Notes: generated from the sequence alone by a model not told the origin. A stretch of DNA of 64,000 nucleotides from Eledone cirrhosa (GCA_964016885.1 OZ024745.1:74090001-74154000); one strand, 5' to 3'. Counted from the stretch's first letter, positions 28,064 through 42,764 are shown. A program made the numbers and translations.

Positions 28064-28640
28064 CTTTGAGAAAAGGATTCTGAATTGATAAAGTTTAGGA
28101 TATTAGCTGTATACTTTATGGAAAGTACTGTGGAATGTATGCAAGCAGAGAGAAAACAAGTCAGTGCGTCTATTTATTATAGAATCTAAATTATATATAA
28201 TGGTAAATTTTTCATTTAGACAGAGATTGCAAGTCTTGGATAGAGAACTGTTCAAGTATCTCATCCTTCCTCATTATACTCCACCCCCTCTACTTTTTAC
28301 TCTCATCTCCTCCTCTTTTTCACCCTTTCCACCCCCCCCCCCTCAAAAATATTTTTTTACCCAATATCACACATCAATCTAAAACTACTTTGCATATGTT
28401 GATTTAAAACTGCACTATCCACAAGTGTTTTTAACCTTCATATCATGTCTTCCTATTTTATCTGATGAAAACACAAATGTTATTGCATGATGATATTTGT
28501 TTTTGAAATTCGCATAATAAAATACATGGAACTCTTTTAACCATCTTTTGATCTTATATATTATGTATACTCCAGTCCTACAAACTGTAGAGTGCTTCTT
28601 ATCCGATATCTGCATTGCTTTATTGTACTACAATAAAACT
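27021..28640. mobile_element. Fold-back element with ~290-bp arms, an HHR in each arm and a ~950-bp A-rich spacer containing 3x 60-bp repeats (27461-27632)
   Basis: tattttat-CTGATGA(28462)-aaacacaaat..atttgtt-GAAA-t(g/t)cgc-ATA-ataaaata at 28454-28524 (+) and 27058-27128 (-). Confidence 0.85.
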
Positions 28641-28769
28641 CACCTCCTACATTATACATTCATATATATATATACATACATATATATACATGCATATATA
28701 TGTTTATACAAACATACACATACACACACACACACATATATACACACACATACAGACACACACACACAC

Positions 28770-28804
<35 letters not shown>

Positions 28805-28813
28805 CATATATAT

Positions 28814-29240
28814 GATATTAACAAATGGAAACCATATTTATAAAACCATATTTATTTCATTATACATATTTCAAGGATACCAAGTTAAATTATGGTATGC
28901 CTTCATCAGACAAAATACAATATATACCAGTTTTATAAATAAACATTGAAGTACCCTTTCAAAATGCGACCGTTACTTTTGGAAGACATCAGGAGTAACG
29001 GTCGCATTTTGAAAGGGTACGTCAATGTTTATTTATAAAACTGGTATATATTGTATTTTGTCTGATGAAGGCATACCATAATTTAACTTGGTATCCTTGA
29101 AATATCTATAATGAAATAAATATGGTTTTATAAATATAGTTTCGATTTGTTAATATCCTATATCTACTCCAAATACTTGTCAAGTGCTTTATATCAGTTA
29201 TAAAAATATTTGCTTGTTGTATCCCAACAATTTAAATAGA
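28814..29240. mobile_element. Fold-back element with an HHR on both strands
   Basis: Arms 28814-28977 / 28994-29157. tattttgt-CTGATGA(29062)-aggcatacca..tggtatcctt-GAAA tatct ATA-atgaaata. Confidence 0.85.
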
Positions 29241-29245
29241 ACTTT

Positions 29246-29305
<60 letters not shown>

Positions 29306-29851
29306 TCTATATATATACATATATATTCATGAAACACGAAATACTGATTATATTGCAGCTATATTTTTTAAACATTACTTGTTAGATTCAATTGTTGTCA
29401 TTTTTCAAAGAGTAGGCGTTAGTCTCCAAAGATATTATTCCAATTCACTGTACATTTTCTAATATGTAGTCTCACATAGCTGAAGGCGAACATAAGAAAC
29501 TCTGACTATTTGTATTACATAACAAATTACATTGAATGTTCATACTCCAATTCCGTCAATCATATACAGCCGCAAATGAAGATATATCGTTTTTTTTAGC
29601 ATACATTTGTATGTATATATATATGTGTATGTATGTATTATGTATGTATGAATGTTTGTATGCGTCTATATAGGTATGTGTGTGTCTATGTTTGTATGTA
29701 CGTATGTACGTATGCAGTTATGTATGCATGTATGCATATATGCATGTATGCATGTATGCATGTATATATTTATATGTATATATGTATGCATGGTTTTATG
29801 TATGTATGCATTCATGTGTAGATGTAAGTATTATGTATGTATATATATAAT

Positions 29852-30180
29852 CGGGCTGGACACCCGATCGTGCGGTTAAACCACTGAGAGTGAAGGAACC
29901 CTAGCCTTTGTCAGGGCATTCTTCTAGGAGAAGGCAACTCAGGAAACTGGGATAACTCCGATATAAAACCTGCGGCTCAGTAGTTACCGATGATGTTGAT
30001 CTTTTCTTCTTTTCGGGTTATAGCTACTGTCGCTCAGAGAGTGGGATTGGCTCAGTGCACAGTCTTTCCTCACTTTAAAAAATATCTTCATGCACAGGCA
30101 TTGCACGATAGAATTAATTAATAATTATTAATAATGGTATATCGCGCAATGGCCATACTCGATAACGAGGGGGCAGTCAT
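29852..30180 (+). mobile_element. Non-autonomous RTE-derived element; inverted copy at 37005-37338
   Basis: Near-identical pair. Shares cctagcctttgtcag..ctaggagaagg and the 3' end with the RTE remnant at 41157-41760. Confidence 0.65.
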
Positions 30181-31762
30181 CATGTATATATGTATATATT
30201 TATGTATGTATATGTATATGTATCCATGCGTGTTTGTATATGTATGTGTGTGAGTGTACAACTATATCTTTATTCTTTTATGTAATTTTTCATCGCGTCT
30301 TATATATCTCTATTGCAATTATTCAGCTATTGACATTTCCGACCAAAGTATTTAAAATTAATTTGGACATCATAATCCTTTTCTCAAAATAATATAAAAG
30401 TCAAGAGATCGAGAAATATGTTGACCCTCTATCAATACTGCCAATCCACTGATGAGTAGCGCGGGAGAGACAGAAGTAGTTACAGTGGAGTTTGGTTCCA
30501 TTGTGTTCGGAATGATGTATACGTATATATATGTAAAATCTATGATAATCTTAAAATATTATTTCTTATCAAATCCCGCCGAGGTTGACTTTGCCTTTCA
30601 TCCTTACGGGGTCGATAAAATAAAGTACCAGTAATGCACTGGGTAATTGCTGGTCTTGTGCCTAAACTAGAAACAATTATTTCTTATTAATATAGACGAG
30701 AACATATAATTACTAAAGCTCAAATTTAAAATGGATGTACGAGGACAATAGCGTTGCTAATGGTAAGACCATGCTCATATTAAGCAGGTTAAAGCAAAAC
30801 ATAAAGTGAAATAGAGAATTCAGGAAGGAAATATATTTATATTAATTTGAACGCCACCTTACAGATTGTAAATTTAAGTTTAATACACATCAAACCACTA
30901 TTAGAAAAATTATGACAATACCTCAGCATCAATGATTCGAAATACCACACACACACACACATGGAAAAGAGAAAGACGATCGACTTTCGTCAAATCGGAC
31001 CGAGGGAACAATGTTTCCGTTGGTCTTTCCAATTGCTAATACTATCTATCGGTCGCAACTCCAGGAAGAAGGAGCAACGTGAAATAAAGTGTCTTGCTCA
31101 AGGACACAACGCATCGCCTGGTCCAGGAATCGAACTCACAACTTTACGATTGCGAATCCAATTCTCTAACCACTCAGCCACACGCCTTGTAGATATATAT
31201 TTATATATATATAACCCTAACCAACTAATCTCAACTAGCCAAGAACACGCCAAAATCACCCAATTGAATTAAGTTAAAGCTATAACAAACATACTACGAT
31301 GGTAATAAATGAATAAAATTGACCAGGCCACGACCACTCTTATTATCTGGTTACTGTTTAATGTGGCAACCAGATGAATTAGTACCATATGTTCTGTAAT
31401 TCACTAAATACTTAATCCCAACAACAGAAAAACCTTTCATACAAAAGACATGATATAATATATACAATTATTTTTTACACAACCTACACAACCCTATACA
31501 ACAACTACTTACAACCAACCTTAAGAAACAAAATCATCACACAAAATACATTTATCCAATTATACTTATACATATATAAACATATATATGATTATACTTT
31601 GGGGGGGGGGGGGGTCATGCTGCCAATAAAAACACATGCACCTGTTGGTTTTCATCTCATTTCATTATAAATTTTTAGTTGGTCAGTTTAATAACCGTAT
31701 GGTTGTTTATTTGTTTATTGTCAAAGCTCTTTCGTCACACATTCTGTGACCGCCTCAGTGAC

Positions 31763-31802
<40 letters not shown>

Positions 31803-31812
31803 GAAAGTGGGG

Positions 31813-31843
<31 letters not shown>

Positions 31844-31857
31844 GAGAGGGAGAAAGG

Positions 31858-31888
<31 letters not shown>

Positions 31889-32171
31889 ACTGCTTCGGCT
31901 ACATTAAAAAATATTCAAATCTGTTAATGGTATGCCGTTATAGTTTATGTAGAACAACTTAAAATGTTCTAGCTTAGCTACCTGTTGAAAATAGATGTCA
32001 AGATCAATCCTGGTTCAGCCTCAGACGATTGTTATTCAGTCGTATCATTCTGACTTTCTACTTGTTCTGGATTGCGGTTCTGGGACGCAATGTGTATGAT
32101 GTCTAGTATGAATCTTGCCGATTCCAAGTCAAGCACATTTCACTTACACACCCACACATGTATATATATAT

Positions 32172-32830
32172 ATTAGAATTGGAGCTCTGAAATAGCAATA
32201 TATATATGGATGTATATATAATGTATTTTGCAATACACTTTATGCTTAATTAAAAGCATTTTGAAGACCGTATGCTATTGTTTTAGAGTAGTGACAAATT
32301 CACTTACTTTAATCTCAGCAAACAGGGGAGATAAGCCGACAAGGCCTTGTTTCGCTTTTGTTGAAGCTTATCAAGGCTAACTACCTCTCCTGTCTACTGA
32401 TGTTATATTCTTATAGAATTCTAGTAAATAATCAGGAACTGATTATACAGAGCGATTGTTGGTCAGGCAGAAATTAAAAATTAGAATTGGAGCTCTGAAA
32501 TAGCAATATATATATGGATGTATATATAATGTATTTTGCAATACACTTTATGCTTAATTAAAAGCATTTTGAAGACCGTATGCTATTGTTTTAGAGTAGC
32601 ATATGATTATTTACTAGAATTCTATAAGAATATAACATCAGTAATCTCAGTAGACAGGAGGGTAAGCTTCAACAAAAGCGAAACAAGGCCTTGTCGGCTT
32701 ATCTCCCCTGTTTGCTGAGATTAAAGTAAGTGAATTTGTCACTACTCTAAAACAATAGCATACGGTCTTCAAAATGCTTTTAATTAAGCATAAAGTGTAT
32801 TGCAAAATACATTATATATACATCCATATA
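32172..32830 (-). mobile_element. Tandem (~309 bp) plus inverted copies of a relative of the 21.1-kb family, with a U3-A8 HHR
   Basis: agcc-TTGATAA-gctt caaca aaagc-GAAAC aaggcctt GTC-ggct at 32334-32378. The inverted arm 32605-32830 has lost the core. Confidence 0.8.
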
Positions 32831-33151
32831 TATATATATATTATTCAATTGAAGAAAGTTGGTTAATCAAAAAATCTGCCGACTTATTTCTTAACTGACG
32901 TGAAGCACTCCACGGTTTTTGTCACTTAGGATTTGACCCGTAATGAGTACTGGTGGATGAGGTCAATAACACGTCGGACTGGTAGCATATCAATGGAAAA
33001 TTACATCTCGTTTGTCTGAAGAGAACTTGCAAGGTGGTTATTATATAACTACCTTACATCTTCGAAAAGCATATAACGAATAAAATAAAGTTGTACGGGG
33101 ATCCTGACATTATTCCTATACATATATATTCACACACACGTGCGCACAGAC

Positions 33152-33226
<75 letters not shown>

Positions 33227-34151
33227 ATTATATCACATTCAGGTATAAATTGTATGATATATAATATATATATTAATATATGACATAGAACATCTAGCTA
33301 CCTTTCAAATAATAATTGATACTTTTCACTAAACAAAAAATCAATGCACACAAAGAATTTGTTTTGTTGCGTAATACTAATGCCTATTGTATTGTTAATA
33401 TACTGATTTGAACACAGAGGAAAGAAATAACATTCTGTACAGAATTTACAGTTTTCCTTCCTGAACTCTCTGAACTTTCCGCCGCGAATACAGAAATCTG
33501 CTGCATTAGGCTCATCCATTTGAAGTCGATAAAAAAATACCAGTCTAGTACTGGGGTCGATTCTTCCTCTATATCTCTTTCTCTCACTCTCTCTCTTTTT
33601 CTCTGGAAGAAATCTGCTGTACTCATACCTGGAGAGGTGATAGGCTCATCCATTTGAGGTCGATAAAAAAAGAACCAGTCTAGTACTGGGAGACGATTCT
33701 TCCTCTATATCTCTTTCTCACTTCCTTTCTCTCACTCTCTGTCCTTCTCTATAAGAAATCTGCTGTAGTTATACCTTGGGAGGGGATGGACTCCGCCACG
33801 TTTAAAAAATGCACTAGAAATGAAGTATGTCTCTAAAGGTCCATACATAAATACAAAGAATTTAAACTACAGTGTCTAATATTTCACGGCCATGTTGTTT
33901 AGTCTGATGATAGTTCCCCCGTTGTGTCTTCCTTTTGTTTTTAGTCATCCAAACCAATACAAACATGACAGGGAAAACAAATTGAATGTCTTCTTGATTT
34001 AAGAGGACTTATGCATAACACTACAATCTAAAGGAACATTTGGTATTTCTCCAATGCTCCAACTGCCTACATTACAATCACACACGCACAATCTGATAAA
34101 TAGGAATCTATTCCATCTATCTATTCACCCCCTCCCTCTCTCCCTCTCCCC

Positions 34152-34182
<31 letters not shown>

Positions 34183-34937
34183 CATATATGTATATATATA
34201 TATACGCATATATATATATATGCATATACATATGTGTATATGTATATATATATAGATATATGTATATGCGTATATATATATGTGTGTGTGTGTGGTGTAC
34301 GTTTGTATGCGTACGTGTGTAGGGGTTGAGGGACACAAAAGAATGAAAAGATTCAACACGTAATATAGAAGTTAAAAACCAATTTGTTTATGAATAATGG
34401 GAGGGGGTGTAAATACTACATTCTTTTAAAGTCAAAGTTAACTGTTTTCAGACGTGAAGAGGATATGAGCTCTGCCAGGGTTACAAAATGCCCAAGACAC
34501 ACCGTATGTCACTACGGCGCATCTACGGAACCACTAAATGTTACGGGGCTATTCATCCATACAAACATTTTATTGAGAACTCTTCTTGCGACCATCAATT
34601 CTACCTTTATGTATATATATATATATATACCTGAAAAGATATAAATACCACAACATTTATTTTGGACAGCCAGATTCCTGATGATTTCTAAAGAATGAAA
34701 CAGTTCTAGTCCTGTAGAATCTCAGCTATATTAAAACTAAAAACCACAGACCCTCCATCTCAACTCACCTTTTGAAAAGCAGAAGAACTGCGAAACCGGT
34801 AAAGGAACCAAATAAATATATATATTTTTTAAAAAAATAAGACTTCAGTTGCATTTTCGATTTCATCCCTTTTTCTTTATACTTCCACTCGTGTAGGACA
34901 CCTCGGTTATTTTTCATTTTGTAAAAAAAAACCTCAC

Positions 34938-35029
<92 letters not shown>

Positions 35030-35053
35030 GTATGTATATACACAGAGACCAGT

Positions 35054-35241
35054 AGGTGCTGAAAAGTTCCTGGCTTTAAGGGTATCGTGAATGAGTAAGC
35101 TGTGACATTTAGGGGGGAGGTAGGACCGTTGCAATAAGTGTGTCAATCTGAGCGGGGAATATGCTGAATAAAATCATAATTAACTGATCCTCCTATATTT
35201 TTCTTTTACCCAAATCCAGGAACTTTTCAGCACCACCTCAT
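35054..35241 (+). mobile_element. Internally deleted mariner element (MITE)
   Basis: TIRs ggtgctgaaaagttcctgg / ccaggaacttttcagcacc. Internal DRCNKCVNLSGEYAE* resembles the mariner transposase C-terminus. Confidence 0.85.
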
Positions 35242-35305
35242 ATATATATATATATATATATATGAGATGGTGCTGAAAATATATATATATATATATATGA
35301 AATAT

Positions 35306-35730
35306 ATGAAATATAAGAATCAAAGAACTGTTCAAAACATTTTTATGCTTACAACTGTTTCCTCCAAACCGAGGTTTGGATTCTTCGGAGCAATTTATTA
35401 TTCACCCAAGAGACATACAGATACATATGCAAATATTGTGGGTCAACATTCATATAAGTGTTCATTCAATAATAAATTGCTCCGAAGAATCCAAACCTCG
35501 GTTTGGAGGAAACAGTTGTAAGCATAAACATGTTTTGAACAGTTCTTTGATTCTTATATTTCATATAACTGCTCTGTAAATCATCTGATGTTTTTACATT
35601 GAACTACTTAACTTACTGGTAATAAGGTAGTACTATATTACTGCCTACCACTATTTAGGGTTTGTATAAAAATATATATAACTGCAAAAGGTTTTTGTAT
35701 TTACATAACCATAAATAGTATAATTAATAC
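35306..35730. mobile_element. Fold-back element with a CCGAAGA-core HHR on both strands
   Basis: tgct-CCGAAGA-atccaaacc tc ggtttggag-GAAAC agtt GTA-agca at 35478-35524 (+) and 35346-35392 (-). Tail related to 48735-48850. Confidence 0.8.
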
Positions 35731-35808
35731 TATATATATATATATATATATAGGAAAAGAGTCAGGACCTCAACGGCTGAGCTCCGGCCGTTTCGACAGC
35801 TAAATCTA

Positions 35809-35923
<115 letters not shown>

Positions 35924-36013
35924 ACCAAAGATTAATATGGTTCATTGACTACTCAATGAATATAGTTTTACAATAGATTAAAAGCACTCTACAACGAAGT
36001 TTTCTGGAGTTAT

Positions 36014-36352
36014 TAATATTATTCAGAATATTAATAAATGAAGATATTCACATAATCAAAATATATGTTTTATTATATATATTTCGAAGGTACTCTGCTG
36101 ATTTTTCAGTACGTCCTCGTCAGATAAAATACATGAATTGATGTATGACATACCTCAACGGTCTTGATGGTCAAATTCCAGTATTGCCAATACTGGAATT
36201 GAACCATCAAGACCGTTGAGGTATGTCATACATCAATTCATGTATTTTATCTGACGAGGACGTACTGAAAAATCAGCAGAGTACCTTCGAAATATATATA
36301 ATAAAACATATATTTTGATTATATGAATGTCTTCATTTATTAATATTCTGAA

Positions 36353-36360
<8 letters not shown>
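36014..36360. mobile_element. Near-perfect fold-back with an HHR on both strands
   Basis: Centre near 36187. ttttat-CTGACGA(36251)-ggacgtact..agtaccttc-GAAA tatat ATA-ataaaa; mirror at 36068-36129. Confidence 0.88.
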
Positions 36361-36421
<61 letters not shown>

Positions 36422-37697
36422 TTGTGGGCATGTGCGTGGGTGTGTGTGTGTATGTGTGTGTGTGTGTGTGTGTTGGATCTACGCCGCTTCTGACACGACT
36501 GTAGCAGTTAGTTCAATCAACAGAACTGCCTTCTCATGAAAGTATGTGCAAGTGTCTTAGCATTCGTTTGACATGTGCATCCTTAACGTAGTTCCCAGGG
36601 AAATTCAATATGTGTCAAGGCTCCCCAAATGAGTTACAGGTACAACTCCTTTTTGCCAGCCGAGTGAACTAATACTACGTGTAAAAACATATCTTCCTCG
36701 AGTACATAACACACACCCCGTCCGGGAATCTTACTCAATATATATATATGTATGACCCATTCTCTCTTTCTTTCTCTATATCTTCCTGTGTATAGGTACC
36801 TTATTTTCTCATTTCCACACCCACATACACACTCATACATATATACACATACACACTTACATGCATATATACACACATACATACATACACACATACATAC
36901 ACGCATACATGCATATATACATGCATACATACATACATACATATATATATATATATACACGCACAAATACATACATACATTGATACATACGTACGTACAT
37001 GATATGATGGCTGCCCCCTCGTTATAGAGTATGGCCATTGCACGATATACCATTATTAATAATTATTAAATAATTCTATCGTGCAATGCTTGTGCATGAA
37101 GATATTTTTTTAAAGTGAGGAAAGACTGTGCACTGAGCCAATCCCACTCTCTGAGCGACAGTAGCTATAACCCGAAAAAAAGAAAAGATCAACATCATCG
37201 GTAACTACTGAACCGCAGGTTTTATATCGGAGTTATCCCAGTTTCCTGAGTTGCCTTCTCCTAGAAGAATGCCCTGACAAAGGCTAGGGGTCCTTCACTT
37301 CCAGTGGTTTAACCGCGCGATCGGGTGTCCAGCCCGACTATTTCTATGTCTCCGCGCATATACATACACATGCACCCATGCATATACACATATACATTAC
37401 ATACATGCATACAATCATACCTACATACATACATACATACATACATACGTACATACATACACACATAGTTAAAGAGATATTCGGCGTTGAACGAAACTAC
37501 ACTTAGAGTTTGCAGAATTTTAGACAACTTTCGATGTGGATCGATACACTGTATTCTCCCAATCAATAAAATTTCGGTTGAATGCACGTGTTTATTTATG
37601 TTCAAATACAGACAACTGTGTATGTTATCTTCCTATTGCATTCATTACACACACACACATCAAATATATACACATTCACACACTCACACAGACACAG

Positions 37698-37739
<42 letters not shown>

Positions 37740-38236
37740 ACACACAGATACACACACATACATATATATAGGAAAATGTTTGACCCCGACGGCAGAGCTC
37801 AAGCCGTTTTACGGCTATTTCTGGACGTCGAAACGGCTTGAGCTCTGCCGTCGGGGTCAAATATTTTCCTATTACCCACTCTACTACCCTAAGTATTGAG
37901 TACTCTGGTGCGTTATGGTCCATCTGCTTCCTTTATATTTCCACATATTTCTACTCAGAAAAAATATATGGAAAGAGAGAGCGATGGAAAGAGTGTGAGA
38001 AGGAGAGAGCAAGGTGGATAGAGAGAGAGAGAGAGAGAGAGGGGGGATATAGAGAGGGGGGGAAGACAGAAAGAAAGAGAAAGAGAAAGAGAGTGAGAGA
38101 GAGAAGGAGGGAGAGTGGTAACTGGACACACACTCGATACCCATGAAGTATATCTTAATTCGTCTGATCGAAGTATATATTCACTCTGCGTGCCCTGCAA
38201 CTATAAAGACATTATATGTACGTGCCATGGACTGTG

Positions 38237-38344
<108 letters not shown>

Positions 38345-38538
38345 GTGTGTTGTGTGTGAGTGTGTTCTGTGTGTGTTTGTATCTATGTGTCTGAATGTGT
38401 AATTTATTATGCGCATGTGTCTATGTTTATTTTGAACTCAAGTACATATATAATTTATCAATCTGTGTATATATGTATGTATATTTGATATAATACATTT
38501 AAAGATTTTACATGGGATATTATTACGAAAGTGCTTAC

Positions 38539-39096
38539 CTTTCGTGATTGGTCACCATCAGCCCTTATGTTTTGTAACTCACGTTTCATCACTATCCACT
38601 CAGCTTTTAAGTCACCAACAACTGAACGAAGATTATCGAGTCCGTCTTCATTCTTTATTTTCTTCATTTGGCTTGTAATCCTTTCCAATCTATTTGTCAC
38701 TGCGCCAACACTATTCCAAATACTGTCGATCTCTGATTTTTTGGGTGTATATTTCATTGACTGCGGATGCCTTGTTCGATGGTGACCATCCAGACTTTTA
38801 ACTCTTGATTGAAGTAATGATGTAGTATTATCCAATTCTTCTACTTTTGCCAATACCTGCAGTCGTAAACTAAGAAGATCTCTGGTCAGAGTTGCATTCA
38901 TTAGTCCTGTCCCACCTTCCAATTTGTCAATCCGTTCTATAATATTTTCATCGGGTTTCCAAACTTCAAAATTGTACGTGCAGGTCCCAGTATTTGTTTT
39001 GCTAGGGGGTGATACAGCCGATACTTCCAAAGGTACTACCTGTACACTAAGAGATATAGCGATAAACGATACGGTTACCCAAGTGCTGGATAACAT
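38539..39096 (-). CDS. First coding exon (186 aa) of a secreted coiled-coil protein with an angiopoietin/fibrinogen-related-like N-terminus
   Basis: Hydrophobic signal peptide, CTYNFEV motif, heptad-rich segments and N-glycosylation sequons. Canonical AAG|GTAAGC donor at 38538, phase 0. Later exons not found. Confidence 0.8.
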
Positions 39097-40243
39097 CTTT
39101 ATGAAATTATTTATTTCAGAAGTCGCTAAGTGGATGATAATAAATATTGTGCCTTTATAAATATCGATACAAGTATCCTTATATTTCTATTTGATGACAC
39201 GTAATTTGCACAAATGTTGGAGCGCTTCTTTTCTTTTTTAATAATTGCAATTATAGGTGTCTATAACCCGTTTGTTGTGGTAGATAGGCATATTGCTAAA
39301 AAAAAATAAAAGCCTTCAAACAACTACATTTGTCGTAGTGAATGGTCAATTAAAAAATATACCGTACGAGAGACACAACAATTTTACTCTTGTATCGATA
39401 ACAGCACAGCAGATAGCCACTAGCAACAGAGAGACGACACGCGCGTATGTGTTTGCAGCAGTGATAGTGATGTTGATGGTGTTATGATTCGATCGACTAA
39501 ATTTGGTTGGTTGTAGAGATAAAAGACTCAACAGCTGCCTGCCTTTTCATTTGCTTTATCCTTCGCACTAAAATATTCCATCAACATTTAGCAACCCTCC
39601 ACCGTCTACAACTTTACTTTCACTTTCACTTACAATAACAACTTTCGCATAAATTAATTACATCCTTCTTTATTTCTATTTTAAATGCTTTCCCTCTCTT
39701 TCTCTTTCTCGCGTCCTCTCCATGTTTTTTATTTCTCTCTTTCTATCATTCCCCCCCCCCCCTCTCTCTCTCTCTTTCTATCCTAACATTGTTTTGTTAT
39801 TAGCTTCTAATTATTCGCTTTCTCCACTAAAAGTTATTCTCTTTTTTTCCCGCGCAGTTTTATCTTTCACTACTATTTCACCTTTCATAGAGTTATTTTT
39901 CATACTATGTTATCATCCTTCCTCTTATGCATTTACTACTTTCACTGATGCTTAAAAGGCTGTTCCAGCAACAACTAAAGCTCCCACTACACAATAAATA
40001 TATGATTACACTAAGGTAAATTTCAGTGATAAAGCAAAAGACTGAAACTTGGTGTAAAAATTGAAATATTATATACGTTGTAGAGAAAACAAAAATGTGT
40101 GTGTATGAAAGCATTCTTTCTTTATGCGTACACATAAATACACTTACAACACTCACATGCACACACACACATACATATGTATATACGTATATATTTATGT
40201 ATTTATATGTACATACATACATATAGATATATATTATAAAGAG

Positions 40244-40281
<38 letters not shown>

Positions 40282-40441
40282 CACTCTTTATAATATATAT
40301 CTATATGTATATATAATATATATATATCTATATGTATATATGTATACATATATGTATGTACGTATACATACATACTTACATTTAAGTAAGTGCCATACTA
40401 AGAGTGAGAAATGAAATTTCGTTTACATTTTTGTTTCAACT

Positions 40442-40473
<32 letters not shown>

Positions 40474-40503
40474 CATATATACGTACACACACACACACAC
40501 ACG

Positions 40504-40560
<57 letters not shown>

Positions 40561-40652
40561 GGGTGATCATGTGTATGCGTGTGTTAGAGTGTGCCTGTAA
40601 CTGTGTGTGTATGCGGCGATACTTGTCTTGCTATATTATTTATACAGTTTTG

Positions 40653-40843
40653 GTGGTGGATTGGCAGTATCGGTAGAGGGTCGGACGCTATGCTTTGACG
40701 CATAGAGTTAAGGCCCTTGCCATTCTGAGTTCAAATCCTGCCGAGGTTAGCTTTGCCTTTCATCCTTACGGGGTCGATAAAATAAAGTAACAGTAATGCA
40801 CTGGGATAATTTCTGGCCTTGTGCCAAAAGTAGAAACAATTAT
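40653..40843 (+). mobile_element. SINE (major family)
   Basis: Full-length copy flanked by the duplication attatttatacagtttt. Confidence 0.88.
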
Positions 40844-41156
40844 TTATACAGTTTTACTGTCGATAACAAGAGAGAAAGATAAGAACCTACTAAAGGTACT
40901 ATTTTGACAACCTAAAGAAGATGCATGTGAAGTTCACTCAAATAAAATTGGAAGCGAAAAACCGCCTTAAGATATCGATATCCTGTCATATGTGTCACTG
41001 TCGTCTGTATCATTGTTATTAATTCCTTCCAATCCATATCATACACATATATGTAGCTATACATACATACATACATACATACATATACATACATACACAT
41101 ACATACATAAATACATACATACATATATACATATATACATACATACATATACATAC

Positions 41157-41760
41157 ATATGGTGGCTGCCAACTCGTTTTCGAGTACGGCCACTACTTTA
41201 TATCCATGTAGGAGAACTCCTACCGATGCGCTGAACGAGTGTGACTTTTTAGTCCAGCCAGCGACTTGAAAACTCTGGTACAAACACTACACTTGTGACA
41301 ATTATTGACACATAGTGCTGGGCCCATGGTACCATGTGACGTCAGTGTAGAGAGATCTCCAGATATAAAGCAATGCCTGTGCCGTGAAGCTTTTATAGTG
41401 AGCAAAGGCACTGCACAAAGCCAGTCCCACTCTTTTAACCAAGATGATATTTACCAAAAAGAAGAACAAGTCAACATCATTGGATACCATCAGAGTTGCT
41501 GGTGTTATATCAGAGTTTTCCTTCTCCTAGAATTCTGCCTTGACAAAGGCTAAGGGATCATCTCTCCCGGTGATTTTGGATGGCCATTGACTCTTAAGAG
41601 CTCCTTTGCCCTTTGACAGGTTTTGTTTTTAGTCCTGCAGGATATCCAAAGTCACCCTCCTCACCAAGAAACCTTGGTGGGGTTGCCAGTTTAGTTGCCA
41701 ACGACCATGAGACAGGTTGTACTGGGATACATGTTACCAGTAGCACCAACTGGTAACCTG
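41157..41760 (-). mobile_element. RTE LINE remnant (5' UTR-like part joined to the C-terminal zinc finger)
   Basis: HKCSVCTRVFKSLAGLKSHTRSAHR* is typical of the RTE C-terminus. Confidence 0.7.
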
Positions 41761-41840
41761 ACATAAATATACATGTATACATACATATACATACATACGC
41801 ACACATACATACATACACATACATACATACATACAAACAT

Positions 41841-41877
<37 letters not shown>

Positions 41878-41995
41878 CAATGAAAAGAAATACACAGATA
41901 CATGCGACTACATACATGCATATACACACATATATCCCTGAATTTGTGTGGTGCCAACCTTAACCGTTGTTGTTCTATGATTAATAGGGACAAAA

Positions 41996-42185
41996 TAATT
42001 GTTTCTACTTTAGGCACAAGGCCAGCAATTACCCAGTGCATTACTGGTACTTTATGTTATCGACCCCGTAAGGATGAAAGGCAAAGTCAAACTCGGCGGG
42101 ATTTGAACTCAGATCGTAAAGGGACGTAACTATGCTGGAAAGCATGGCGTCCGACCCTCTACCGATACTGCCAATCCACCGCCCA
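41996..42185 (-). mobile_element. SINE inserted into the tail of the 42-kb HHR element
   Basis: Target-site duplication aatagggacaaaataat at ~41983 and ~42186. Confidence 0.92.
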
Positions 42186-42234
42186 AATAGGGACAAAATA
42201 ATCCGAGTGAATTAGACTGACTCTGTATCAGAGC

Positions 42235-42627
42235 TATATAATACATTATAAAGAAAGAAGAAACAATAGACATAAACAAAAAAAATATAAATACCCAATA
42301 TTTCTCTACATTCTCGACTGTACAGTTTCATGGCTACTTTGCAAGAACATTACATCATAGAGATGCAGTATTTTTTGTGAGGTTTGCCAGCTTATCAAGA
42401 GAATACCTCATTTAGAGTTTAAAAATACGTCCGTATGCGTCAGAGAGGTATTCTCTTGATAAGCTGGCAAACCTCACAAAAATACTACATCTCTATGATG
42501 TAATGTTCTTGCAAAGTAGCCACGAAACTGTACAGTCGGGAATGTAGAGAAATATTGGATATTTATATTTTTTAATTTATTTTTATTTATGTCTAATGTT
42601 TCTTCTTTCTTTATAATGTATTATATA
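42235..42627. mobile_element. Fold-back element with a U3-A8 HHR on both strands (same family as 59.2-60.1 kb)
   Basis: attctc-TTGATAA(42456)-gctggc...gccac-GAAAC tgtaca GTC-gggaat; mirror at 42310-42404. Confidence 0.85.
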
Positions 42628-42728
42628 TATATATATATATAGTGAAAAATTGAACGGGAACAAAACAGAGAGGCAGTACGAACAAAGGTTTATTAGTTTC
42701 ACGCTCTTGAGAGTGGGGTGGTGGTGGG

Positions 42729-42764
42729 GAACGACGTTTCAGGCATAAGCCCTTCTTCAGGCGA
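42729..42764 (-). ncRNA. Minimal PLE-type HHR core
   Basis: CTGAAGA-agggc ttat gcct-GAAAC GTC with AATAAA downstream. Stem I is weak. Confidence 0.6.

Noticed and set aside
29852-29945. HDV-like ribozyme at the 5' end of the RTE-derived element
   Set aside because: A P1-like pairing exists, but no P3/L3, P1.1 or catalytic-C context was found.
33400-33520. Cys-rich ORF FCIRGGKFREFRKENCKFCTEC as a host exon
   Set aside because: Overlaps a degenerate, tandemly duplicated SINE fragment and has no convincing splice sites.
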